From Acidobacteriota bacterium (lineage in GTDB: Bacteria > Acidobacteriota > Thermoanaerobaculia > Multivoradales > J023), in the NCBI GenBank assembly GCA_038747035.1, contig JBCDKB010000001.1:2029-66028 (forward strand): a stretch of DNA of 64,000 nt, written 5' to 3'. A program made the translations under genes and the position numbers. Numbering within the stretch: position 1 is the first letter of the stretch; the number at the start of each line of letters is the position of its first letter. Positions 18,268-27,301 of the stretch are shown one piece after another. The notes under the pieces were generated by a model. The model searched no databases and was not told the DNA's origin. It saw nothing but the letters and a program-made list of their open reading frames with translations.

Positions 18268-19302
18268 ATGCCAGCCCCATTCACCGTCACCTTCGCGTCG
18301 CCCGCTTCCGGAAATGCGACCCCTGAAACCGGCCGAGTCCCCAAAGACTGGTGGCGGGGCCACGCGCGGCTCCTGACCGTCCTCAGCGGGCTCGCCGCCG
18401 CCGCTGTCATCGCTTGGGGATCCCCTCAGCTGAAGACCCAGCTGCTGCTCCTCGCCGTCGGCGTCGCCGTCCTCGGCGTTCCCCACGGAGCCCTGGACCA
18501 TGTGATCGGCCGCCGACTCCTCCGGCGGCCCCTCGGCCCCTATTGGGCGCCCGCCTTCTTCGGCACCTACCTCGGCCTCGCGGCGCTGGTGCTGGTGGCG
18601 TGGTGGCACTGGCCGATCGCGTCGCTGGTCGCTTTTCTCGGGATATCAGCGCTCCACTTCGGACTCGGCGACGTCCGCCGGGAGCTCTCGGCGTCGACGC
18701 TTTTCCCCCTTGAGGTGGCCGCCCGCGGTGCGCTGCCCCTCGCGGCGCCCATGCTTTTCCACCCGCAGGAAGTCGCCCACCTCTTCGGCGCATTGGTCGC
18801 CGGCCCTGGGCCGACCGCGGAGGCGGTTTGGCGATACGCGGCGATCATCGCCGCCATGCTGGCGCCCGCCCTCGGCTGGTCCCTCTATCACCACGCCCGG
18901 CGAACGTTCGCCCGCGCACCCGGCCCCCACGGCGAGGTGATCGCCGAGGTCCTCGGCCTGCTGGTTCTCTTTTGGGCCGCTCCGCCGCTCATCGCTTTCC
19001 TCCTCTACTTCTGCGGCTGGCACTCGGCTCGACACACCCTTGAAACGGCCGAAGAGCTGATGCCGGGTCCACTGCGTGAGGGACTCTCGACGTTTATTCG
19101 TCTGGCGGTCCCGCTCACCGTCGCGACGCTGGCCCTCGCCGCCGTCGCCTGGATGCTGCTCACTACGCACGGCCAAGGCGTGGACCCGGCGCTGCTCCAG
19201 GTGGTCTTTATCGGACTTGCGGCGCTGACCGTGCCCCATATGATGCTGTGCGCCGCCGCCCAGAGGCTGCCGGAGGAGTCACCGGCCTCCGTCCGGTCCT
19301 AA
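18268..19302 (+). CDS. blh: Brp/Blh-family beta-carotene 15,15'-dioxygenase (retinal-forming)
   Basis: Multi-pass membrane protein with conserved His-containing motifs VPHGALDH, ALHFGLGD, CGWHSARH, VPHMML. Confidence 0.8.
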   Translation: MPAPFTVTFASPASGNATPETGRVPKDWWRGHARLLTVLSGLAAAAVIAWGSPQLKTQLLLLAVGVAVLGVPHGALDHVIGRRLLRRPLGPYWAPAFFGTYLGLAALVLVAWWHWPIASLVAFLGISALHFGLGDVRRELSASTLFPLEVAARGALPLAAPMLFHPQEVAHLFGALVAGPGPTAEAVWRYAAIIAAMLAPALGWSLYHHARRTFARAPGPHGEVIAEVLGLLVLFWAAPPLIAFLLYFCGWHSARHTLETAEELMPGPLREGLSTFIRLAVPLTVATLALAAVAWMLLTTHGQGVDPALLQVVFIGLAALTVPHMMLCAAAQRLPEESPASVRS

Positions 19303-19423
19303 GCGTTCGGTCCTAGGCGTTCGGTTCTCAGCGATCCAGTCGCGGTGGAGGACACCGCAGCCCCGCGCCCTGGGACCGATCCCGAGCAGGCGGGCCCCCA
19401 GGGACCGAGCTAAACTCGGGGCC

Positions 19424-19837
19424 ATGACTGCCACCATCTTCGACAAAATTCTTGACGGCGACATCCCTTGCCACCGCGTCTACGAGAACGAGCACGTGCT
19501 CGCTTTCTTGGACATCAACCCCCTGGCCCCCGGCCACACGCTGGTGATCCCCAAGGAGCGCCGCGCCCATCTCCACGAGCTCTCGGACGACGCCGCGGCG
19601 GCCCTCGGGCGGGCGCTGCCGCGGATCTGCCGGGCGGTGCTCGCGGCCACCGGTGCCGAGCACTACAACGTGCTGCAAAATAACGGCGCCCCAGCACACC
19701 AGGCGGTCTTCCACGTGCACTTCCACATCATTCCGCGCGTCGGCGAGCGCGGGCTCGGCGTCGGCTGGCGCCCGGAGAGCCTCACCGACGCCGAGGCGCT
19801 GCTCGAGCAGCTCCACGCCGCCCTCGACGCGGAGTAG
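19424..19837 (+). CDS. HIT-family (histidine triad) nucleotide hydrolase
   Basis: HVHFHIIPR histidine triad; ~137 aa. Confidence 0.85.
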   Translation: MTATIFDKILDGDIPCHRVYENEHVLAFLDINPLAPGHTLVIPKERRAHLHELSDDAAAALGRALPRICRAVLAATGAEHYNVLQNNGAPAHQAVFHVHFHIIPRVGERGLGVGWRPESLTDAEALLEQLHAALDAE

Positions 19838-19997
19838 GAACTTCAACTGACGGCTGTGTCAAAGACGTCACGGGGCGTCGCCAGATCATCACGCCTTGTC
19901 AGGGCCGGGTTTACGAACGTCACGCTTTGGCGACGAAGGGCCGGGCGGTGACTCTAGATTGGCCTCGGCTTCTAAGGTCAGCGTCAGGAGGCCTGAC

Positions 19998-21131
19998 ATG
20001 ACCAACCCGACTCTGAACGACACCGCACACAAAACCGCCCCCGAGACCGGGATCGCCAGCCTCGGCGTGGCGTTACCTTCCCTCTTCCTCGAATTGGATG
20101 ACCTGGCTGAGCTTCGCGGCGCCGATCCCGCCAAGTTCCGCTTCGGCCTCGGCTGCCACCAGATGGCGCTCTGCGACGCCGAAGAAGGCGTCGTCGATCT
20201 GGCCCAGCGCGCCGCCCAGCGCGCCCTCGACCGCTGGTCGGGAAGCGTTGAAGACATTGGCCTGATCGCCGTCGGCACCGAATCCGCGGTCGATATGTCC
20301 CGTCCGCTTTCGGCGTGGGTCGCCGAAGCGATCGGCGTGCGCGGCGCCGTGCGCAGCTACGAAGTCAAGCACGCTTGCTACGGCGGCACCTTGGCCCTCC
20401 GGCAGGCCATTGAGTGGCGCCGCTCCGGCGCCGCCCGCGGCAAGGCCGCTTTGGTGATCGCCGCCGACGTGGCTCTCTATGCCCCGGAAGACCCCGGTGA
20501 ACCGACCCAAGGGGCCGGCGCCGTCGCCTTCATCGTCGCCGAGCCGGAGGTCGCCCGCGTCGACCTCGAGACCGCCGTTTTCTCCGAACCCGCCTTCGAC
20601 TTCTGGCGCCCCGTGGGCGAAGACTTCCCGCGGGTCGACGGCAAGTTCAGCCTCGACTGCTATAAGCGCGCCACCCTGGAATGCCTCGGCCAGTGGGCCG
20701 GGGACGGCGCGGCGGTCGACGCCCTCGAAGCCCTCGACGCGGCCTGCTTCCACGTGCCCTTCCCCAAGATGGTGCAAAAAGCGGTGCGCCACGTGGGCGA
20801 AGAGCTCGGCGCCGAGGCCGACTGGGCCGACGACTACTTCAAACGGCGGATCGCGCCGTCCATGGGGTGGAATCAAAAGGTCGGCAACGCCTACACCGCG
20901 AGCCTGTGGATTTCCGTCGCCCAGGCCCTCGGCGGCCGGGCCGACGGCGAACGCCTGATCGCCTTTTCCTACGGCTCCGGCTACGGCTCCGAGCTCTTGG
21001 GACTCGAGGCGGGCCCGCGCGCCGCCGACGCCGCGTGGTTCACCGACGTCGAGCAGGACCTCGAAAGCCGGCGCCGCCTCGACATCGCCGCCTACCGCCA
21101 GCTGCGCGGCCAGGCGAAGAAAGCCGCCTAG
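19998..21131 (+). CDS. mvaS: Hydroxymethylglutaryl-CoA synthase
   Basis: Motifs GTESAVDMSRP, HACYGGT, FSYGSG; ~378 aa; CAGGAGG RBS ahead of the ATG at 19998. Confidence 0.85.
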   Translation: MTNPTLNDTAHKTAPETGIASLGVALPSLFLELDDLAELRGADPAKFRFGLGCHQMALCDAEEGVVDLAQRAAQRALDRWSGSVEDIGLIAVGTESAVDMSRPLSAWVAEAIGVRGAVRSYEVKHACYGGTLALRQAIEWRRSGAARGKAALVIAADVALYAPEDPGEPTQGAGAVAFIVAEPEVARVDLETAVFSEPAFDFWRPVGEDFPRVDGKFSLDCYKRATLECLGQWAGDGAAVDALEALDAACFHVPFPKMVQKAVRHVGEELGAEADWADDYFKRRIAPSMGWNQKVGNAYTASLWISVAQALGGRADGERLIAFSYGSGYGSELLGLEAGPRAADAAWFTDVEQDLESRRRLDIAAYRQLRGQAKKAA

Positions 21132-21215
21132 ACCTCTGAACGTCCGCAGCTGCCTCGGAATCGCCACGCCGTCGCCACGCCACCGGCGGCGGCGTTCCGC
21201 TACCATCCCGTTGCC

Positions 21216-22421
21216 ATGATCGCCACGCCCACACCCGCCGCCGATCCGAAACCCGCTGACGTCTCCCCGGACACACGCCACCTCAACAGCTGGCTCGAAA
21301 TCGACGGCGACGCGTATCGCCACAACCTCCGCTTCCTCCGCGACGCCGTCGGCCCCGCGGTCGAGCTCTCGGCGGTGGTCAAGTCCAACGCCTACGGCCA
21401 CGGACTCGAAGCCATCGCTCGATTGGCGATCGACGGCGGCGCCGATTCCTTCTGCGTCCATTCGATCGACGAAGCGCTCGCCCTCAGGGCCCTCGGTTTC
21501 GGCGAAGACATCCTGGTCATGGGGCATATTCCGCTCGCCCGGTTGCGCGAAGCGGTGGCCCACAACCTGCGGATCGTGCTTTTCAATCGCGAAACGGTCG
21601 AAGAGCTGGGGACCCTCGCCGAGGCGGTCGGCGTTCGACCGCGGGTGCACCTCAAAATCGAAACCGGCACCCACAGACAGGGGCTCGCCGGCGCCGAGCT
21701 TGATTCGCTTATCGAAGCGTTGGAGCGCCACCCCGCGATCGATATTGAAGGGGCGTACACCCACTTCGCCGATATCGAAGACACCACCGACCACGCCTAC
21801 GCCCAGGGACAGCTCAGCCGATTCCGCGGCGAGCTCGAACGCCTCGCCGACCGCGGTATCCGTCCGCGCTGCCGACACTCCGCGTGCTCGGCGGCGGCGG
21901 TGCTCTTCCCGGAGACCCATTTTGAGATGGCGCGGGTCGGCATCAGCCAATACGGTTTCTGGTCGTCGAAGGAAACGAAGCTAAGCTTCGAACACCGCCG
22001 GGGCCACGGCCTCGGACCGCGGCCGGTCCTGGCTTGGAAAACGCGCGTCAGCCAGGTCAAGTCGATCGCCGGCGGCGCCTCGGTCGGCTACGGACGCACG
22101 TGGCGGGCGACCCGGGATAGCCGTATCGCCATCCTGCCCATCGGCTACTCCGACGGCTACGACCGCGGTTTCTCCAACGCCGCCCACGTCCTCATCCGCG
22201 GTCGGCGGGCGCCGGTGCGCGGCCGCATTTGCATGAACCTGACGATGGTCGACGTGACCGACATTCCCGGCGTCGGCCTCGAGGACGCCGTGGTCTTACT
22301 CGGCGCCGACGGCGAGGAGCGCATCACCGCCGATGACCTGGCGGCCCTCGCCGGCACGATTCACTACGAAGTGGTGACCCGGATCTCGCCGCACCTGCCG
22401 CGACTCGTCGTCAAGGGCTGA
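21216..22421 (+). CDS. alr: Alanine racemase
   Basis: PLP-lysine motif AVVKSNAYGHG; full-length alr architecture. Confidence 0.9.
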   Translation: MIATPTPAADPKPADVSPDTRHLNSWLEIDGDAYRHNLRFLRDAVGPAVELSAVVKSNAYGHGLEAIARLAIDGGADSFCVHSIDEALALRALGFGEDILVMGHIPLARLREAVAHNLRIVLFNRETVEELGTLAEAVGVRPRVHLKIETGTHRQGLAGAELDSLIEALERHPAIDIEGAYTHFADIEDTTDHAYAQGQLSRFRGELERLADRGIRPRCRHSACSAAAVLFPETHFEMARVGISQYGFWSSKETKLSFEHRRGHGLGPRPVLAWKTRVSQVKSIAGGASVGYGRTWRATRDSRIAILPIGYSDGYDRGFSNAAHVLIRGRRAPVRGRICMNLTMVDVTDIPGVGLEDAVVLLGADGEERITADDLAALAGTIHYEVVTRISPHLPRLVVKG

Positions 22422-22443
22422 CGGCGCCGGCTAAGGCGTCCAG

Positions 22444-22507
22444 CCGTGCCTTCGGCTCGGGCGGCCGTACCTTCGGCACGAGGGGCCGTAGGCCGTACCT
22501 GCGGTAC
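22444..22507. repeat. Three imperfect copies of a CCGT(G/A)CCTTCGGC hairpin-forming element between convergent alr and tlpA
   Basis: ccgtgccttcggctcgg, ccgtaccttcggcacg and ccgtacctgcggtac are each able to form short GC stems (one with a CUUCGG-type loop). Probable bidirectional terminator. Confidence 0.4.
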
Positions 22508-22518
22508 TAGGGGATCTT

Positions 22519-23145
22519 TTAGGCCGCGCTTTCAGCGCGCAGGGCCCGCTCGATTTCGACGCGCAGCGCCGGAGCGCCGAGCACGCCGACTTTGAGCAGA
22601 CTGACCTCACCGCTGCGATCGATGACCATCACCGTCGGCAGGCCGTTCGAGCCGTAGCGCGCCCGAATGGACTCCCGGGGATCGAGAAGGACGGGGTACG
22701 GAAAGGGCGTCTTGGCTTGGTAAGCGCGGGCGGTGGTCTCAGACTCGCCCGAGTTGACGGCGAGAAAGTGCACGCCCTTACCGTCGAATTCCTTATGCAG
22801 CTCTTCGAGGAAGCGCGCCTGAATGCGGCACGGACCGCACCACGACGCCCATAGCTCGACCACCACCACGTCACCGGCGAAATCCGGCGGCCCGAGGGTC
22901 TGACCGTCGAGGCTCGGCAGCCGGAAATTCGGCGCCGGCCAGTCCCCGGGCGAACCCACTGACGAGGCGGCGCCCGCCCGGGCCTCCGCACCGCCGACGC
23001 CACTCGGCGCCGTCGGCGCGAAGGTATTCGCCGGCATCATCTGGGTGGCGTAGCTCATGCCGAAGAAAATCACGGTGAAGCCCACGGCGACGCTCATCAT
23101 CCATATCGCCGCCGATCGCAAGAAGGTCGTGGTGTCCACTGCCAT
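22519..23145 (-). CDS. TlpA/ResA-like membrane-anchored thiol:disulfide oxidoreductase
   Basis: N-terminal TM; the thioredoxin motif WASWCGPC. Confidence 0.8.
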   Translation of the reverse strand: MAVDTTTFLRSAAIWMMSVAVGFTVIFFGMSYATQMMPANTFAPTAPSGVGGAEARAGAASSVGSPGDWPAPNFRLPSLDGQTLGPPDFAGDVVVVELWASWCGPCRIQARFLEELHKEFDGKGVHFLAVNSGESETTARAYQAKTPFPYPVLLDPRESIRARYGSNGLPTVMVIDRSGEVSLLKVGVLGAPALRVEIERALRAESAA

Positions 23146-23285
23146 AGATCAGTCTCCGAGGGTGTCCATCGCCGGGGCCGCGTCGGTGGGCGGCACGCTC
23201 CGGCGGGAGCGGTATTTTAGCGACGGCGACACCCCGCCTTTGCACGGGCACTGTAAAATTCCCGTCCCACTTCCAACCGCCCACG

Positions 23286-24863
23286 ATGCGGAAAGAAAAC
23301 ACCATGAGCTCGACACTGCGATATCTCCGCCTCCGCGGCAGGCTCGGTGAAACCGGTCCTCCGTTCCTCGCGGAGCTCGCCCCCGGCGTGCATCGCCTCG
23401 GCAGCGTGGACGATAACGACATCGTGCTGCGCTTCCACGGCGTGTCCCGCCACCACCTGCTGCTGCGGGTCGGCGATGAAGTCTCCTTTGAAGACCTGGG
23501 CAGCAAGAACGGCACCCGCGTCAACGGCCGCTCCAGACTCCAGTCGACGCTCGAGGTCGGGGACGACCTCTTCATCGGCCCGGTCCGCCTGCGCCTCGAG
23601 GCCGTTGAAGCCGACGATGTGCGACTGGCGGTCACCGCCGCCGCGGACCGCGAGCTCTTCGATATCGCCGACCTCGAGCTCGACGGCCGCAGCTCCTACG
23701 ACGATCACGAGCTCGACCGGCTCGAGCGCGTGCTCGAGACCTGGGGCGTCGAGCCCCTCGACCCGTCCGAGGCCCTCGCCACCCTCGGCCATGTCGTCGG
23801 CGCCGGCGGCGCCAGCTGGGTGTCGTGGCGGGACCGTCAAAAAGCCCGCGTCGAAGCGAGTTGGGGCGTTGACTTCCACGGCTTGATCGACCTCGAGGAA
23901 CTCTTCAGACGCGCGGAGGCCCGCGCCGGCTCGCGGCAGGCCGTGGTCCTCAAGACCTCGGGGCCGCCGCGGCTCGGCGCCGCGGTTGTGCTCGCGCGGC
24001 CACACCCGATGGCGCTCCTGCTCTGGGACCTCGACGCCCACCCGACCTTCGTCCGCGTCGCCGCTCGCCTGCTCGACCGCGGTCTCCACGGGCTGCCCTT
24101 TACGGCGGACGAAACCCTCGAGACCCCGCCCGGCGTCGATTGGGTGTGGGGCTCGGGCCCGGCCGGACGACGTCTCCAGACCGACGCCGCCCGCGCCCTC
24201 GGACATCGAAAGCCGCTTTTCATCCACGGCGGACCGGGCACCGGCAAGAAACACTTGGCGCGCTGCCTCCACGCCGTCGCCAGGCGACCCGGACCGATGG
24301 TCATCGCCGGTTGCTCGGAGCTCAGCGACGCCGCCCTCGCCCAGGGCTTTCGGGTGGCCGTCGAGGAGCAGGGGACGCTCTTACTCGAAGGGATCGGCGA
24401 CCTGAGCCCCGATCTCTTCGAAGCCGTGCTCCAGCTCGCCGGCGCCACGACGACCCGCGCCGGGCTCATCGTGACCGCCCCGACGGCGGAGCCGGAGCTG
24501 CCCCAAGCGATCATCGACGCACTCTGCCAACACCCCCTCGAGCTGCTACCCCTGGCCCAGCGACGGGACGAAATTCCTGGGCTGGTCTCCCACGTGCTCG
24601 GCCGCTCCCAGGACGAGCGCCCCCCGGGGCTGACCGTCGAAACCCTGCGCCAGCTCATGCGGCGACCGTGGCCCGGCGGGGTCACCGAGCTGCGGGCGAC
24701 GGTCGAGGCCCTGGTCGACGCCGCGCCTGAAGGCCGCGCCGTCGAGAGTTCCATGCTTTCCCAGGCCCTCGAAGCTGCGGGCCTCGGCGTCATGGTCGCG
24801 GGGGCCTCCGGCCCGGAAACCGACGCGTGGCGTGATCCATCCTCCGCCGACTCGGAGCCGTAG
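23286..24863 (+). CDS. FHA-domain protein with a degenerate sigma-54-activator-like AAA+ domain (no GAFTGA, no C-terminal HTH)
   Basis: N-terminal FHA (GSVDDNDIVL ... SRHHLLLRV ... SKNGTRVNG). Central Walker A GGPGTGKKHLARCLH. No recognisable GAFTGA loop or Fis-type HTH. Confidence 0.65.
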   Translation: MRKENTMSSTLRYLRLRGRLGETGPPFLAELAPGVHRLGSVDDNDIVLRFHGVSRHHLLLRVGDEVSFEDLGSKNGTRVNGRSRLQSTLEVGDDLFIGPVRLRLEAVEADDVRLAVTAAADRELFDIADLELDGRSSYDDHELDRLERVLETWGVEPLDPSEALATLGHVVGAGGASWVSWRDRQKARVEASWGVDFHGLIDLEELFRRAEARAGSRQAVVLKTSGPPRLGAAVVLARPHPMALLLWDLDAHPTFVRVAARLLDRGLHGLPFTADETLETPPGVDWVWGSGPAGRRLQTDAARALGHRKPLFIHGGPGTGKKHLARCLHAVARRPGPMVIAGCSELSDAALAQGFRVAVEEQGTLLLEGIGDLSPDLFEAVLQLAGATTTRAGLIVTAPTAEPELPQAIIDALCQHPLELLPLAQRRDEIPGLVSHVLGRSQDERPPGLTVETLRQLMRRPWPGGVTELRATVEALVDAAPEGRAVESSMLSQALEAAGLGVMVAGASGPETDAWRDPSSADSEP

Positions 24864-24905
24864 CCTGGGCGAACCCCGGATGAACACTTTAAGGATTCCG
24901 AAAAT

Positions 24906-25694
24906 ATGCTGAAAATCGAAGCCGCCGCCACGGCGCTCCTCCTCCTGTTGGCCGCCGGTGCGGCCGCCGACGAGCCGTCCGCCCGCTCCTTCGCCGAGAA
25001 GACTGAGGCCGCCCACGGCGGCGACGTTTGGAATGGCAAGCAGGCCCTCGAGGCCTACATCACCGTCAGCTTCGGCGGCGAGCGCCTGTTCACCGGCAAA
25101 ATGCTCACCGACACGCCGGTCGGCAAGACGCGATTCGAGCTCACCGACGGCACGGTCTTGGTTTTCGACGGCGAGACGGCCTGGAAGTCCCCCGCGGACT
25201 CCGAGTTCCAGGGCACGCGGTTCCACGTCCTCACCTGGCCCTATTTCCTCGCCGCCGCGCTGAAGCTCGACGACCCGGGCACCCACCTCGAGGACCTCGG
25301 TACGCAGCCCTACCGCGGCGGGCGTAGCCTCCCCGCGGCGCGTCTGACCTTCGGTGACGGCGTCGGCGACAGCCCCGACGACTGGTATGTGATCTACAGC
25401 CATCCGAAGACCCACCAGCTCCAGGCGATGGCCTATATCGTCACCTTCGGCAAGGACGCGGAGGCCGCGGAGGCCGCGGAGCCCAGCGCCATCGTCTATG
25501 ACAACTACGTCGACGTCGAGGGCGTGAAGATCGCCCGCAACTGGTCGTTCTTCAAGTGGAATCCGGAAGACGGCGTGATGGGTGACCAGATCGGTGAAGT
25601 CCAGATCACCCAGCCCGCTTTCGTCACGCCGGCGGCCGACGCGTTCGAAGCCCCCGAAGACGCCGAAGAGGCCCCGGCGCCGCCGGCGCGCTGA
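24906..25694 (+). CDS. Secreted hypothetical protein
   Basis: Signal peptide MLKIEAAATALLLLLAAGAAA; no recognisable catalytic motif; acidic A/E/P-rich tail. Confidence 0.45.
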   Translation: MLKIEAAATALLLLLAAGAAADEPSARSFAEKTEAAHGGDVWNGKQALEAYITVSFGGERLFTGKMLTDTPVGKTRFELTDGTVLVFDGETAWKSPADSEFQGTRFHVLTWPYFLAAALKLDDPGTHLEDLGTQPYRGGRSLPAARLTFGDGVGDSPDDWYVIYSHPKTHQLQAMAYIVTFGKDAEAAEAAEPSAIVYDNYVDVEGVKIARNWSFFKWNPEDGVMGDQIGEVQITQPAFVTPAADAFEAPEDAEEAPAPPAR

Positions 25695-25730
25695 CGCCGG
25701 CGGTCGCTCCACCGAGGGCGTCGAGCCCCG

Positions 25731-25748
25731 TTCGGATTGATCTCCGAA
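25731..25748. promoter_or_regulatory. Inverted repeat TTCGGA-N6-TCCGAA in the 250-bp leader of the AsnB-like/radical-SAM/halogenase-like module
   Basis: Perfect 6-bp arms read directly; a candidate dimeric regulator operator. Confidence 0.25.
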
Positions 25749-25947
25749 TCAAACCGCCTGGTTTCTGCGAAACCCCTACGGAACCCGGCGGCGGGGCCAG
25801 GCTACGGGCTCTACCGCCGGAGCCGGCGCCGCTATACTCGGCGCCGGCATCGAGACGCGGGCCAAGCACCCGATCCGCCGTTTAGCCCCGGCCCACAGCC
25901 GCACTCCAGAAGCCCACAAACGAGTCGCACCCAAGAGGGATCCCCCC

Positions 25948-27300
25948 ATGTCGTCGTCGCCCGAAGCCCGTCCCCATCAGCATGCTTACGTCGCGAAAGT
26001 CGTCGACCTGATCTCGCCGGACTCCCAGCATCTCGTCAACGCCGAGCTCGACGACGCCACCCGCGCGGTGCTCGCCAACGACGCCGCGGCTGTCCGGGAG
26101 CTTTCCGGCTCCTTCGCCGTCACCGCCCGCGACGGTGAGATCGTGCGCATGGCGCGCAGCCTCGACCGCCCCCTCCGCTTTTTCCTCGCCAAGGAGGTCG
26201 AAGGGCCGATGCTCGTCGTCGCCGAGCGCATCGACCAGATCGGTGAGTACCTGGACGGCCTCGGCTACGGCGATCAATTCCATCCGTCCTACACCCGCAT
26301 GGTGCCGGCGCACCACATCACCACGCTGCGCCTGGTGGGCTGCCCGGACCCGAACCCGGAGCACCGGCGCTTCTTCGATCCGCCCATGGGCACACTCCCC
26401 GCCGACCTCGACGTGATCGGCGAGCGCTACGTCGGCGCGCTGCTCGACGAAGTCGGCCAGTGGCTCAAAGCCCAGGATCCGCAGCAGCCGATCGGCGTGC
26501 TCTTCTCCGGCGGCATCGACTCCGGCGCCGTCCTCCTGGCCCTGCACCACCAGATTCTCGCCCAGGGCCAAAGCGCCGCGCGCCTTAAAGCCTTCACCCT
26601 GGCGGTCGAGAGCGGCGGCCAAGACCTCTCCCAGGCCCGAGAATTCCTGCGTCGCACCGACCTCGAGTTCCTCGGGGAAGCCATCGACGTTCCGGCCGAG
26701 GACCTCGACCCCCTCGGCGCCGTCGAAGTGATCGAGGACTACAAGCCCCTCGACGTGGAATGCGCCGCCGTCGCCCTCGCCGTGCTCGACGGCATCCGCT
26801 CGCGCTACCCCGACTGGGAGCTGGTCGTCGACGGCGACGGCGGTGATGAGAATCTGAAGGACTATCCGATCGAAGAGAACCCCGAGCTCACGATCCGCAG
26901 CGTCGTCAACAACTCGATGCTCTACCAAGAGGGCTGGGGCGTCGAGGCGGTGAAGCATTCCCAAACCTACAGCGGCGGCTACTCCCGCGGCTGCGTGCGC
27001 ACCTGGGCGCCGGTCCGGCGATTCGGCTTCACGGGATTTTCACCGTTCACGCGTCCGAACCTGCTCGCGGTCGCCGAGGCGATCCCCTTCAAGGCGCTCA
27101 CCGAAGGCAGTCACGACAAACTCTATGCCCTCAAGGGTGACATCGTGCGACGCGGTATGCAGCGCTTGCTCGGCGTCGAGATGCCGATTTTCGAGAAGCG
27201 CCGATTCCAGCACGGCGCCCTGCCGCCGACCCTCAACCACCCCTTCGACGTGCCCCGCCACCACTACCGGCGGCACTTCCTGAGTCTCTACGCCAGCTGA
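25948..27300 (+). CDS. Asparagine-synthetase-domain (AsnB-like, PP-loop ATP pyrophosphatase) protein lacking the N-terminal Cys glutaminase domain
   Basis: PP-loop VLFSGGIDSGAVLLAL; ~450 aa. No MCG N-terminus, so it is not a class-II glutamine amidotransferase. Confidence 0.65.
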   Translation: MSSSPEARPHQHAYVAKVVDLISPDSQHLVNAELDDATRAVLANDAAAVRELSGSFAVTARDGEIVRMARSLDRPLRFFLAKEVEGPMLVVAERIDQIGEYLDGLGYGDQFHPSYTRMVPAHHITTLRLVGCPDPNPEHRRFFDPPMGTLPADLDVIGERYVGALLDEVGQWLKAQDPQQPIGVLFSGGIDSGAVLLALHHQILAQGQSAARLKAFTLAVESGGQDLSQAREFLRRTDLEFLGEAIDVPAEDLDPLGAVEVIEDYKPLDVECAAVALAVLDGIRSRYPDWELVVDGDGGDENLKDYPIEENPELTIRSVVNNSMLYQEGWGVEAVKHSQTYSGGYSRGCVRTWAPVRRFGFTGFSPFTRPNLLAVAEAIPFKALTEGSHDKLYALKGDIVRRGMQRLLGVEMPIFEKRRFQHGALPPTLNHPFDVPRHHYRRHFLSLYAS

Positions 27301-27301
27301 C

